44,710 bases of DNA. It comes from Sphingomonas sp. GTDB lineage: Bacteria > Pseudomonadota > Alphaproteobacteria > Sphingomonadales > Sphingomonadaceae. The stretch spans positions 1 through 44,710 of the forward strand of contig JANLWD010000118.1 of NCBI GenBank assembly GCA_031364345.1. The letters run 5' to 3'. A program made the position numbers and the translations under genes. Below, piece after piece: positions 8,873 to 17,479 of this stretch (position 1 is the first letter of the stretch; each line of letters begins with the position of its first letter). The notes beneath the pieces were generated by a model. The model was not told where the DNA came from, made no database searches, and saw only the letters and a program-made list of their open reading frames with translations.

Positions 8873-9724
8873 ATGGTAAAAATCAATTGCAAAGCGGTAA
8901 CCTGGCCATCGCCACAGCGTAATATGATCGCACCCGTCATGCCGTACCGCGTGGTTGCAACCGAACCAGTGCTGCCGATCCATAGGCCAGCTCTCGATAA
9001 CGTCATGAACTTGGCCTGGTCGTCAGAGCTCGGCTTCATTTCGCTCGACCAATCCGGCGAAGTCATCGAGATGAATTTGGCTGCGCGCGAATTGATCGCG
9101 ATGAAGGATGGACTTGTTTTAACAGGGCGCTCGATCGAAGCGTCATGTCCGGCGGACAGTGCGGCATTGGCTGAAGCCGTTCGAGCCGTGATCCGCCGCC
9201 CGAAAAGTTCCACCGACCAAATGCACTCGGTCGCCATGTTGCGCATTTCTCGAATGCGTACGTGCTCATTGCTGATCGCCGTCGTGCCAAGCGAAAAACC
9301 GGCTGCCGATGGTGCCGTCAATGATCCTGCGGCATTGATCATGATCTCCGATCCGGACCGTCCGCTTCATGAAAGTGTGCGAACGGTCTGTCAGCTTTAT
9401 CGACTGACTCCGGCTGAGACCCGTTTGACAGAACATCTGATCGACGGATTCACGCTGGCTGAAATTGCCGAGATCATGAATTTGAAACCGTCCACGATCC
9501 GGGTTTATCTGAAGCAAGTCTTTGCCAAGACAGGCGTGAAGCGTCAGGCAATGCTGATCCGGTTGTTTCTGACGATGCGATTGCCGTTCAATTTTCCTGC
9601 GACCTATCTGGTTGCCAGCCGGGCATCGCAGATCACGAGGGGCATCGCTGAACGGCTGGATTCCTGTTTACCGAAGACGAATTTTCGTGATCAGCCGATA
9701 CCAAGGAATTTGCATCCGGCGTGA
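8873..9724 (+). CDS. LuxR-type HTH transcriptional regulator with PAS-like N-terminal region
   Basis: C-terminal LTPAETRL...GFTLAEIAEIMNLKPSTIRVYLKQVFAKTGVKRQAML; PAS-like LDQSGEVIEMNLAARELI. Start codon uncertain. Confidence 0.85.
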   Translation: MVKINCKAVTWPSPQRNMIAPVMPYRVVATEPVLPIHRPALDNVMNLAWSSELGFISLDQSGEVIEMNLAARELIAMKDGLVLTGRSIEASCPADSAALAEAVRAVIRRPKSSTDQMHSVAMLRISRMRTCSLLIAVVPSEKPAADGAVNDPAALIMISDPDRPLHESVRTVCQLYRLTPAETRLTEHLIDGFTLAEIAEIMNLKPSTIRVYLKQVFAKTGVKRQAMLIRLFLTMRLPFNFPATYLVASRASQITRGIAERLDSCLPKTNFRDQPIPRNLHPA

Positions 9725-9765
9725 CGTTGCAGCGTCGGTGCCGTCGCTAAAAAACGCGATCTGAA

Positions 9766-11949
9766 TCAGAGGAAAGTGATCATGTCGTAACCGGCGATGC
9801 CTTGCGAAAACTCGTTCAAATCGTCGATCGACGTCACGCTCATCGCTTCGAACCAGCCGTCAGAAATATCGGGCATCGTGACGCTGCCATGATCGCCGAA
9901 ATGGAGCGTAATCGTAGCCTCAATGTGATCAAACGTGATCCAGATATCGTCGGTGTCAAAATTGGCAGGGTCGTCGACGTCGAAAATGATCGTATCGCGA
10001 TTTGGCGGGCTGAAACTCATGATCCGATCATTGCCGAAACTGCTGTTGCCGTCGAATACAAAGCGGTCTTTGCCCGTTCCGCCCGACAATATGTCGTTGC
10101 CCATGCCGCCAAATAGCCAATCGTTGCCGTCACCGCCGCTCAAGCTATCGTTGCCATCCCCACCGCCGAGGACGTCGTTGCCATCACCACCCGACAGAAT
10201 ATCGTTGTCGGCGCCGCCGCCAATCGTGTCGTCTCCGGCGCCGCCATAGAGCACGTCAGAACCGATCCCTCCACTGAGGCGATCATCGCCGTTTCCGCCA
10301 TCGAGTGAGTCATCACCTGCGCCGCCGCCGAGCAGGTCATCGCCGTCGCCGCCGAACAATTGATCGTTACCGTCATCGCCAATCATGGTGTCGCTGCCGT
10401 CTCCCCCGCTCATCGCGTCATCGCCGGTTCCGCCGCTCAGATGATCGTCGCCCGTGCCGCCTGATAACAGGTCATCGCCGTCGCCGCCGTCGAGGTTGTC
10501 ATTTCCGTCACCGCCACTGAGCATGTCGTTGCCATTGCCGCCCCATAAATTGTCATTGCCATCGCCGCCGAAAAGGCCGCCAGCAATTCCGACCACGGGC
10601 GATTTGATACCGTCGAGTTCGGCAAGTGTCAGCCCGGAACTGTCATGGCCCGCCCCACCGATCAGGACGTCGTTGCCGTCGCCACCGAACAACGCATCGC
10701 GACCGCTCCCGCCATCAAGAAAGTCGTCACCATCGCCACCATAAAGCGAATCGGCACCAGCAGATCCGGAAAGATGATCATCACCTGCGCCGCCGAACAG
10801 AGTATCGAGACCAGTGCCACCGTCGATCCGGTCGTTGCCATCGCCACCGTCGATCACGTCGTCGCCGTCTTCCCCAGACAAGTCATCGTCGTCTGCCATA
10901 CCGAGAATCGTGTCGGCACCCGATCCGCCAGAGATCTGGTCAGCGCCAAGGTCGCCGATCAAATAATCGGCACCGGCGGCACCCGCGATTTTGTCATCAC
11001 CGTCGCCCCCGTCGATCAGGTCGTCATATGTTGAGCCGACAACGACATCATTGCCCGCCAGAGCAAAAATCGAAGCGCCGACGTCGGTGCTGAACATATC
11101 GACATCGGATGTTCCGAAGAGGTCGATGCGTTCGGGTTGATCGACGAATGCGTCGATCGTCGGCGCATCTTCGGGAAGGTTGGGATCGGGTGGCGGAGCG
11201 GGGGACGGCAAAGGCGGCGGCGGTTGCGGTCCCGGCGGTACTGGTTGTGGGCTGGGCGGTGGCGGTACCGGATGTGGTTGTGGAGGGGCCGAGCCGCCTC
11301 CAGCGCCACCACCGCCAGTCCCACCACATCCCGAGCCGCCGCCACCCGAGCCGCCGCCACTGCCCGAAGATCCTGCTCCGCCGCCACCGCCAGTTCCACT
11401 TCCGCCAGTTCCAACACCACCGGTCCCTCCACCGGCCCCACTGCCACCACTGCCGGGGCTGCCACCACCTATCGGCGCGCCACCGATCGTCCCGCCATTC
11501 GTGTCCCCGCCTGGCGGTGTGCTGGGAATCGGATCGGATAGCGACGGATCTTTCGGAATGTTGCCGTTCCCACTTGCGGGCGGTGTCACTCCCGCTGGGT
11601 CGATGGGGGCCGCGTCGGGATCGACGCTGTCGTCAGGCGTTTCGCGGTCGGGTGAAGGGGGTGTGCGTTGCGGATTGCTTGCGCCGGGTTCGAGTTTGAT
11701 CGACGCCCCGTCCGGACCGACGGGAAGCGACGATGGTGGCGCGCCGGCGCGGGGAAAAACAAACGGGTCGGGTGACGGACCGGGCGCCAGCACCGCGGCA
11801 TCATTGCCACGCGCTGCCGAGATTTTATCCTCGCCTTCGACGGGCGCACCTATGCCGGGTGACCGCCCACCCGGCATTTTGGGCTTGGCTGTGATGCTCA
11901 CCAGGCTGATGAGCGTCACGGGGCCGACCGCAATAGGATCGGTGACCAT
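9766..11949 (-). CDS. RTX (hemolysin-type Ca-binding repeat) protein with Pro/Gly-rich N-terminus; likely T1SS substrate
   Basis: About 34 GGxGxDxLx nonapeptides; no signal peptide; ~260-aa low-complexity Pro/Gly N-terminus; next to T1SS genes. Confidence 0.88.
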   Translation of the reverse strand: MVTDPIAVGPVTLISLVSITAKPKMPGGRSPGIGAPVEGEDKISAARGNDAAVLAPGPSPDPFVFPRAGAPPSSLPVGPDGASIKLEPGASNPQRTPPSPDRETPDDSVDPDAAPIDPAGVTPPASGNGNIPKDPSLSDPIPSTPPGGDTNGGTIGGAPIGGGSPGSGGSGAGGGTGGVGTGGSGTGGGGGAGSSGSGGGSGGGGSGCGGTGGGGAGGGSAPPQPHPVPPPPSPQPVPPGPQPPPPLPSPAPPPDPNLPEDAPTIDAFVDQPERIDLFGTSDVDMFSTDVGASIFALAGNDVVVGSTYDDLIDGGDGDDKIAGAAGADYLIGDLGADQISGGSGADTILGMADDDDLSGEDGDDVIDGGDGNDRIDGGTGLDTLFGGAGDDHLSGSAGADSLYGGDGDDFLDGGSGRDALFGGDGNDVLIGGAGHDSSGLTLAELDGIKSPVVGIAGGLFGGDGNDNLWGGNGNDMLSGGDGNDNLDGGDGDDLLSGGTGDDHLSGGTGDDAMSGGDGSDTMIGDDGNDQLFGGDGDDLLGGGAGDDSLDGGNGDDRLSGGIGSDVLYGGAGDDTIGGGADNDILSGGDGNDVLGGGDGNDSLSGGDGNDWLFGGMGNDILSGGTGKDRFVFDGNSSFGNDRIMSFSPPNRDTIIFDVDDPANFDTDDIWITFDHIEATITLHFGDHGSVTMPDISDGWFEAMSVTSIDDLNEFSQGIAGYDMITFL

Positions 11950-12063
11950 TTTTCTGGTCCATTTCTCTGCTCACCGGATTGTGGTTACCAATCCGGCATT
12001 GTTGTCGCGTGTCCAAAATTTGTCCGCGATGTTGTTCAGTTTGTTATATAAAAATGCAGCGTC

Positions 12064-12083
12064 ACACCCCCGATTGGGGACAT
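12064..12083. promoter_or_regulatory. Palindromic motif copy A (ACACCCC-CGATTG-GGGACAT)
   Basis: Matches the ATRTCCC-N6-GGGACAT motif, right arm exact; upstream of RTX gene 9766..11949. Confidence 0.55.
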
Positions 12084-12103
12084 TGTGGATAACTCGTCGT
12101 CGT

Positions 12104-12123
12104 GTGACCCATTTCGGGGCACG
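12104..12123. promoter_or_regulatory. Palindromic motif copy B, degenerate (GTGACCC-ATTTCG-GGGCACG)
   Basis: CCC-N6-GGG core, exactly 40 bp from copy A. Confidence 0.4.
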
Positions 12124-12149
12124 TGCCGTAACCTGTCCTGCCGATGCAC

Positions 12150-12182
12150 AAAAAGGGGGTGAGCGGCGGTCCGCTCACCCCC
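12150..12182 (-). terminator. Rho-independent terminator downstream of the 739-aa RTX gene
   Basis: Perfect 12-bp stem GGGGGTGAGCGG / CCGCTCACCCCC with 4-nt loop, followed on the minus strand by TTTTT. Confidence 0.88.
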
Positions 12183-12237
12183 AGTGCAGAGGTCCGTTGA
12201 GTTAGTTTGCCCAATCGCAATTGAGCAAACTGCCTGC

Positions 12238-14457
12238 TCAGACGAACGTGATCATGTCGTAAGTTGCGTTGCCCTGGCTGTAGCTGTTGATCGCATCGAC
12301 CGAGTCGTAAAACCCGGCAGCGGCCAGCGCAGTGTTGAATGCATCGGCACCTTCCCAGAAATCCTCGATCAGGATACTGCCGTTGGCACCCGTGATCAGG
12401 ACGTCGAGGGCATCGCCATCACCGTCCCAGTCACCGGTTTCGACGGTTATATTCGTATGATCGAAGCTGCCAGGGCTATCGACATCGAATACGATCGTAT
12501 CGCGATTGGTCAGGCTGAAGTCCCGGCCGCCGTCATTGGGTGCCTGAATAAGGTCATCGCCATATCCGGCACCGTCACTGGTCTCGTCAAATTTGAAGAG
12601 ATCCTTGCCCGATCCGCCCGACATGGTGTCATCGCCTTCCCCACCGGTCATCGAATCGTTGCCGTTTTCACCCTCCATATAGTCGTCGCCAGTTCCGCCG
12701 TTCATCACGTCGTTGCCATAGTCGCCATACATGGTGTCGTTGTCGGCATCGCCATTCATGATGTCGTTGCCGCTTCCGCCCCACATCTGGTCGTTGCCAT
12801 CACCGCCCGACATGGTGTCAATGCCACCACCGCTGACGCCGATCTGGTCATTCAGCGCATCCCCGAACATGATGTCATTGCCAGTTCCACCCGACATGGT
12901 GTCGCTGCCAGCTTCACCGGCAAGGAGATCGTTTCCGGCATTGCCCGAAACGCTGTCATTGCCAACGCCGCCGAGTACGGTGTCGTTGCCATTGCCACCC
13001 GACAGAGTGTCGGAGCCGGCATTGCCATAGACGGTGTCGTCCCCATCGTCGCCGTTGACCGTATCGTTGCCGGCATCGCCATAAAGCGTATCGTTGCCGG
13101 TTCCGCCGCTGATCGTGTCATCGCCGTCGTCACCATGCACGAGGTCATTTCCGGCATCGCCAGTGATGACGTCATCGCCAGTGTCACCATTGATGGTGTC
13201 ATTGCCGTTGCCGCCACTGATCGTGTCGTTGTCGGATGTGCTGAGGTCGGTCGGATCGAAGAACGGATCGCCGTTACCACGGATGGTGTCGTCGCCGTCG
13301 CCACCGCTCAGAAGGTCGTTGCCGACGCCGCCTGCGATGGTGTCATTGCCAGCATCGCCATTGACCGTATCTTCGCCATCGTCGCCGTTCAGGACATCGT
13401 CGCCAAGTCCGCCACCGATATTGTCATTGTCGGCACCGCCCTGAACGAAGTCGTTCCCGGCACCGCCGCGAATGACGTCTTCACCGGCATCGCCGTTGAT
13501 TTCGTCCTGACCATCGTCGCCGTTCAGCGTATCGTTGCCTTCGCCGCCGTCGATCTGGTCGTCGTCGGCGTTGCCGCTGATGTTGTCGTCGCCCGCATCG
13601 CCGAACAACAGATCGTTGCCGTTTCCGCCTGTGATGACATCATTGCCGCCCTGGCCATAGACCTGGTCGTTACCGTCGCCGGCATTGATGACGTCCGCAT
13701 CGCCTTCTTCGGTGTCATATTCGCCCGACAGGTTATATGCGTAATCGGGGTCGCTCTCACGGCCGCCGACGGCATTTAAGCCATTGCCTGAACCCATGTT
13801 GGTCGAGCTGGTATCGCCAAAGCTATGGCCATTATCGCCGAACAGGACGTCGTTGCCGGTGCCGCCATTGATGGTGTCCAACCCGAGGCCGCCTTCGACA
13901 TAGTCATCGCCAGCATCGCCCGCGATATTGTCATTCCCGGCTTGACCGAACATGTCGTCGTCGCCGGTGCCGCCCGTCATGGTATCGTCGCCCGTGCCGC
14001 CAACGACTTTGTCGTCGCCCGATTGGCCGTAAAGCGTGTCGTTACCGGAGCCACCGTGGATGAAGTCGTTTCCGCCGCCGCCCCATGCTGTGTCGTTGCC
14101 GGCACCACCCATCAGCGTATCGTTGCCGTCACCGCTCTGATCGAGGCCGACGAACGTCGCGTTGCCGGGGCTAATAACGACGAACGAGGCATTATCACCG
14201 ACCAGCGTATCGTTGCCGGTGCCGCCTTCGACGCGGTCGTTGCCCTGCCGTCCGACAACGACGTCGTTGCCATTGTCGCCGTACATGTCGTTGTCGGAGC
14301 TGTTACCGAAAACAAAGTCGTTACCGCCGCCGGCCCGAACATTGTAAGGCAAAAAAGCTGTGGTGTTGCTGGTTTCGAGGTCGATCGTGTCGACCGCGTT
14401 GGTACCCAAAACCTGGGCGCGGGCGGTTGCCGCTTTTGGAGTTGTAGGAGCTGCCAT
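12238..14457 (-). CDS. RTX Ca-binding repeat protein (739 aa); likely T1SS substrate
   Basis: GAGG RBS before ATG 14457 (MAAPTTPK). About 52 nonapeptide repeats in five blocks; no signal peptide; no catalytic domain recognised. Confidence 0.92.
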   Translation of the reverse strand: MAAPTTPKAATARAQVLGTNAVDTIDLETSNTTAFLPYNVRAGGGNDFVFGNSSDNDMYGDNGNDVVVGRQGNDRVEGGTGNDTLVGDNASFVVISPGNATFVGLDQSGDGNDTLMGGAGNDTAWGGGGNDFIHGGSGNDTLYGQSGDDKVVGGTGDDTMTGGTGDDDMFGQAGNDNIAGDAGDDYVEGGLGLDTINGGTGNDVLFGDNGHSFGDTSSTNMGSGNGLNAVGGRESDPDYAYNLSGEYDTEEGDADVINAGDGNDQVYGQGGNDVITGGNGNDLLFGDAGDDNISGNADDDQIDGGEGNDTLNGDDGQDEINGDAGEDVIRGGAGNDFVQGGADNDNIGGGLGDDVLNGDDGEDTVNGDAGNDTIAGGVGNDLLSGGDGDDTIRGNGDPFFDPTDLSTSDNDTISGGNGNDTINGDTGDDVITGDAGNDLVHGDDGDDTISGGTGNDTLYGDAGNDTVNGDDGDDTVYGNAGSDTLSGGNGNDTVLGGVGNDSVSGNAGNDLLAGEAGSDTMSGGTGNDIMFGDALNDQIGVSGGGIDTMSGGDGNDQMWGGSGNDIMNGDADNDTMYGDYGNDVMNGGTGDDYMEGENGNDSMTGGEGDDTMSGGSGKDLFKFDETSDGAGYGDDLIQAPNDGGRDFSLTNRDTIVFDVDSPGSFDHTNITVETGDWDGDGDALDVLITGANGSILIEDFWEGADAFNTALAAAGFYDSVDAINSYSQGNATYDMITFV

Positions 14458-14578
14458 TTTCAATTCCTCATTCTTTTTTTGGGCGGTTGACTCAACGCTT
14501 CGCTCTGCTCGACGCGCCCCCCGCATGACGGAATATGACCGCCACGAGGCAAAGATTAAGGAATGAGAATCGATGCAA

Positions 14579-14598
14579 ATATCCCTGCTTGGGGACAT
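14579..14598. promoter_or_regulatory. Palindromic motif copy C (ATATCCC-TGCTTG-GGGACAT)
   Basis: Near-perfect 7-6-7 inverted repeat upstream of RTX gene 12238..14457. Confidence 0.65.
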
Positions 14599-14618
14599 GC
14601 AAGCCGTTGATAACCAAC

Positions 14619-14638
14619 ATGTCCCTTAGTGGGGACAT
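14619..14638. promoter_or_regulatory. Palindromic motif copy D (ATGTCCC-TTAGTG-GGGACAT)
   Basis: Perfect 7-6-7 inverted repeat, exactly 40 bp from copy C. Confidence 0.7.
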
Positions 14639-14652
14639 GGCATCGGGGCCGC

Positions 14653-15963
14653 TTATGGAGCGGGATTCACCACCCGCGGCGTCAATCGTCCGACAGTGGC
14701 AAAAACAGTGGCACGCGCGACGAATTCGTTACGCAAGGCGCGTTCGAGAGCGACACGCGCGGCGAGCAATTCATTTTGCGCATCGAGCACGTCGAGCATC
14801 GTTCGCGCACCACCGATCGCTTCTTTCCTTACGCCTTCTGCGGCGCGCTCGTTGGCGGCAACGGCAGTCCGTGCGGCGTCGATGATTGCCGTTGCTGATT
14901 TCCAACGTGACCAGGCAACAGTGACTTCCTGAACAACTTCCCGCGAGGCCTGGTTGACTTGCGACATACGTTGGTCGCTCAATGCCTTTGCACGCCTGAT
15001 ATCGGCATAGTCGCGACCACCCTGGAAAATCGGAACGCGAACTTCGACGCCGCCATAAATCGCGGAACGGTCTTCGGGCAGCCGACCCGTGAACAAATTG
15101 GCGATGCCGCCGATGATATAGTCATAACCGGCGACGACATCGACTGACGGCATCAACGCGCCCCGGGCAAAGGCGATCCCTTTTTGTGCGGCTTCGGCCG
15201 TGGCCTTGACGGCTGCCATGCGCGGGCTTTCCACCTGAGCGACGGCATTTGCCTCATCGAGCGATGCCGGCATCAGCCCGAGATCGGGAAGCGGCGGCAC
15301 GGTTTCTGCCGGTCGCCCTGTGACGGCTTCGAAATCGGCGGCGCTTTGTTCGACTGCTTCGGTTGCCGACAGGACGCCGGTCGATGACGTGGCAAGCCGC
15401 GCAATTGCCTGATTTTCGTCGGTCTTCGTCGCTTCGCCGAATGACAACCGTCTGCTGGTACCGCGCAGTTGGTCGGCAATGGCATCATATTGCTGTTGTG
15501 CATAACCCCGAACGAGGCGGTCGCGGTGAACGTCTGCGGCACTTCGCAGCAAATTTAGCAGGACATCGGAAATTGTGCCGTCAAGGATTGCGCGCCCGGA
15601 CGATAATTCGGCCTTTGACACATCGACCGCATTCGATGTGCGGAAACCGTCGAACAGGCGAAGGCGGGCTTCGACGCTGGCCTCCGCCGCTGTAAACGTC
15701 GAATCGCCGGTGTTGCCAATAAGATTGAGATGCCGCCGCTGTGACAAGGCATTGGCTTCGATTGTCGGTAGATAGCCACCATGTGCCGCCGACACCCGCG
15801 CCTCGAGTGCACGGACGGCCGCGCGTTGCGCATCAATCTGAGGATTGGTTGCGACGACGATCGAAGCAAGCTCGGGCATCGTCGTGACATCCGCGTAAGC
15901 CGCGGGTGCGAACGCGAAAAGAATTGCAACCAACGGCGCTGAAAATTTCGCAGTTTGGCGCAT
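14653..15963 (-). CDS. TolC-family type I secretion outer membrane protein
   Basis: Signal peptide MRQTAKFSAPLVAILFAFAPAAYA from ATG 15963; two OEP repeats (NPQIDA, GYLPTI, SPRMAA, LMPSV); RTMLDVLDAQNEL motif. Confidence 0.92.
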   Translation of the reverse strand: MRQTAKFSAPLVAILFAFAPAAYADVTTMPELASIVVATNPQIDAQRAAVRALEARVSAAHGGYLPTIEANALSQRRHLNLIGNTGDSTFTAAEASVEARLRLFDGFRTSNAVDVSKAELSSGRAILDGTISDVLLNLLRSAADVHRDRLVRGYAQQQYDAIADQLRGTSRRLSFGEATKTDENQAIARLATSSTGVLSATEAVEQSAADFEAVTGRPAETVPPLPDLGLMPASLDEANAVAQVESPRMAAVKATAEAAQKGIAFARGALMPSVDVVAGYDYIIGGIANLFTGRLPEDRSAIYGGVEVRVPIFQGGRDYADIRRAKALSDQRMSQVNQASREVVQEVTVAWSRWKSATAIIDAARTAVAANERAAEGVRKEAIGGARTMLDVLDAQNELLAARVALERALRNEFVARATVFATVGRLTPRVVNPAP

Positions 15964-16025
15964 GATAATTTCCCTTGCTACGCGTCGAGACAAGTGAGGG
16001 GTAACTTCAGCAACAGAAATTGGGA

Positions 16026-16045
16026 ATATCCCCAAATGGGGACAT
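16026..16045. promoter_or_regulatory. Palindromic motif copy E (ATATCCC-CAAATG-GGGACAT)
   Basis: Near-perfect inverted repeat in the divergent intergenic region between the TolC-family gene and the LuxR-T1SS operon. Confidence 0.65.
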
Positions 16046-16258
16046 CCAAACAGGGATATAGACTCGATTTGGGGAGCTGCCTAAATCCGTGAAGTTAACT
16101 ATATTGTATTGATCCAGCCGTGCTTTCGTTGTTAGATTTAGACAAATTATAAACGCGTAAGCATCGTCCAACATGGCATCATGGCATGCTATAAAAGGAC
16201 GCCAAGACATAAACTGGTCGCTTCGGTCTGATTTTTTCTCCAGCCAAAGTGAAACAGA

Positions 16259-17479
16259 ATGTCCCTAGCCAACAGCTTAGCCACCAGCTTGGATCATGTG
16301 ATTTGCGAACGGGTTTCGCCAAAAGCGCATCATGTTTCGATCGCATCATTGGTCAGCGAAAAGTCACCCGAACCGTTCAGCGCCCAAAGTTCCGATCTTG
16401 GCTGGCGCGCATATTTGGAAAACCTGGGCATCGACGCCGCGATCGTTTCATATGTCACGCCTGCTCCTGCCGTATCTCGTCATGCCTATTTGATCGGGTT
16501 CGATCGTGCGCGCGAAAATCCGCAGCTTGCCGATGGTCTGATCGCTTATGCAGAAAACGCTTGGAAGGTCGCTCGCGGTGGCGGGATTTCCACTTTTCGG
16601 GTCCAGTTTCGGCCACGTTGCGACGCAAGCGACGCGATCGAACTGCTCCCGAATTCAGTATTAGCGAAGACGCTGACCCGGTTCGACCATGGTGCGGCGA
16701 TCCGCACAGTCGCGGCGGGCGCAACCTTTAGTGCGCTGTTATTCCGAACGACTGCGGCAGGGCCTTTCACCCCAGAGTGCAAGCGAAGTTTGACCAATAT
16801 TCTGCCGGTATTTGCGCGGTCGGCGGCTGGCGACATTGCCGCAGCACGTAACGAACGGCACGCCAAACTACTCGAAGCAATGTTTGATCGCATGTCGCTG
16901 GCGACGTTCCTCGTCGATCCGACCGGGCGTCCGTTGTTTTGCAACACAGCGGCTAGGGCAATGTTGTCGCGCCGCAGCCCGCTTTCGCGTTCTTCGGACG
17001 GTACGATCGTCTGTGCGACGACCTCGGCTACACGCAATCTTCGCGCGGCGATCCGGTCCGCGGCAACGGCGGTGGACCCCGATCAGGCGGAAATCGTCCT
17101 GCGTCTCGATATGCGATTGGGTGAATATGGGCTGGCGTTCGTCGTGCCGGCGGTTTCACGCAGCGCGGATACATTATCGCGCTGTGCTATGCTGCTCGTG
17201 CATACGCCGCAAACGACCGAAGCACCGCCGGCATTGCTCGAGGCGCTTGGATTGCTTCCGTCGGAGCAACGTTTTCTGGCTAATTTTCTTCGTGCCAGCA
17301 GCCTCAATGCGGCAGCCGAGGAAACCGGCCTGTCCGAAGAAACCGCACGCACTTACTTGAAGCGCGTGCGGGCAAAGCTCGGCGTGCACCGACAGATGGA
17401 GCTGGTTCAACTGATTTACGGGCTTGTTCCGCCGCTTCGCCAATTTTGCCCACAGCACACCGAACAGGAACTTGTCTGA
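16259..17479 (+). CDS. LuxR-type HTH transcriptional regulator with PAS-like central region
   Basis: C-terminal LLPSEQRFL...SLNAAAEETGLSEETARTYLKRVRAKLGVHRQMELV; PAS-like LVDPTGRPLFCNTAARAML. Stop overlaps next start (TGATG). Confidence 0.85.
   Translation: MSLANSLATSLDHVICERVSPKAHHVSIASLVSEKSPEPFSAQSSDLGWRAYLENLGIDAAIVSYVTPAPAVSRHAYLIGFDRARENPQLADGLIAYAENAWKVARGGGISTFRVQFRPRCDASDAIELLPNSVLAKTLTRFDHGAAIRTVAAGATFSALLFRTTAAGPFTPECKRSLTNILPVFARSAAGDIAAARNERHAKLLEAMFDRMSLATFLVDPTGRPLFCNTAARAMLSRRSPLSRSSDGTIVCATTSATRNLRAAIRSAATAVDPDQAEIVLRLDMRLGEYGLAFVVPAVSRSADTLSRCAMLLVHTPQTTEAPPALLEALGLLPSEQRFLANFLRASSLNAAAEETGLSEETARTYLKRVRAKLGVHRQMELVQLIYGLVPPLRQFCPQHTEQELV

Noticed and set aside
9731-9753. 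Hairpin plus A-run between the LuxR gene and RTX gene as a terminator
   Set aside because: Imperfect stem, and the A/T tract is on the wrong side for both converging genes.
11180-12205. 341-aa Gly/Pro-rich ORF on + strand
   Set aside because: Mirror of the RTX N-terminus (Gly and Pro codons are reverse complements); the minus frame is continuous with the RTX repeats.
12184-13779. 531-aa Val/Ile/Ala-rich ORF on + strand (also 13825..14490)
   Set aside because: Antisense shadow of the RTX gene; GAC/AAC/GGC codons read backwards give stop-free Val/Ala repeats.
9766-14457. 27-bp periodic repeats as a possible CRISPR array or DNA repeat element
   Set aside because: They are degenerate coding nonapeptide repeats with no spacers and no cas genes.
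8873-17479. LuxR genes as AHL quorum-sensing receptors
   Set aside because: No luxI in the window and no recognisable AHL-binding signature; they show PAS-like segments instead.
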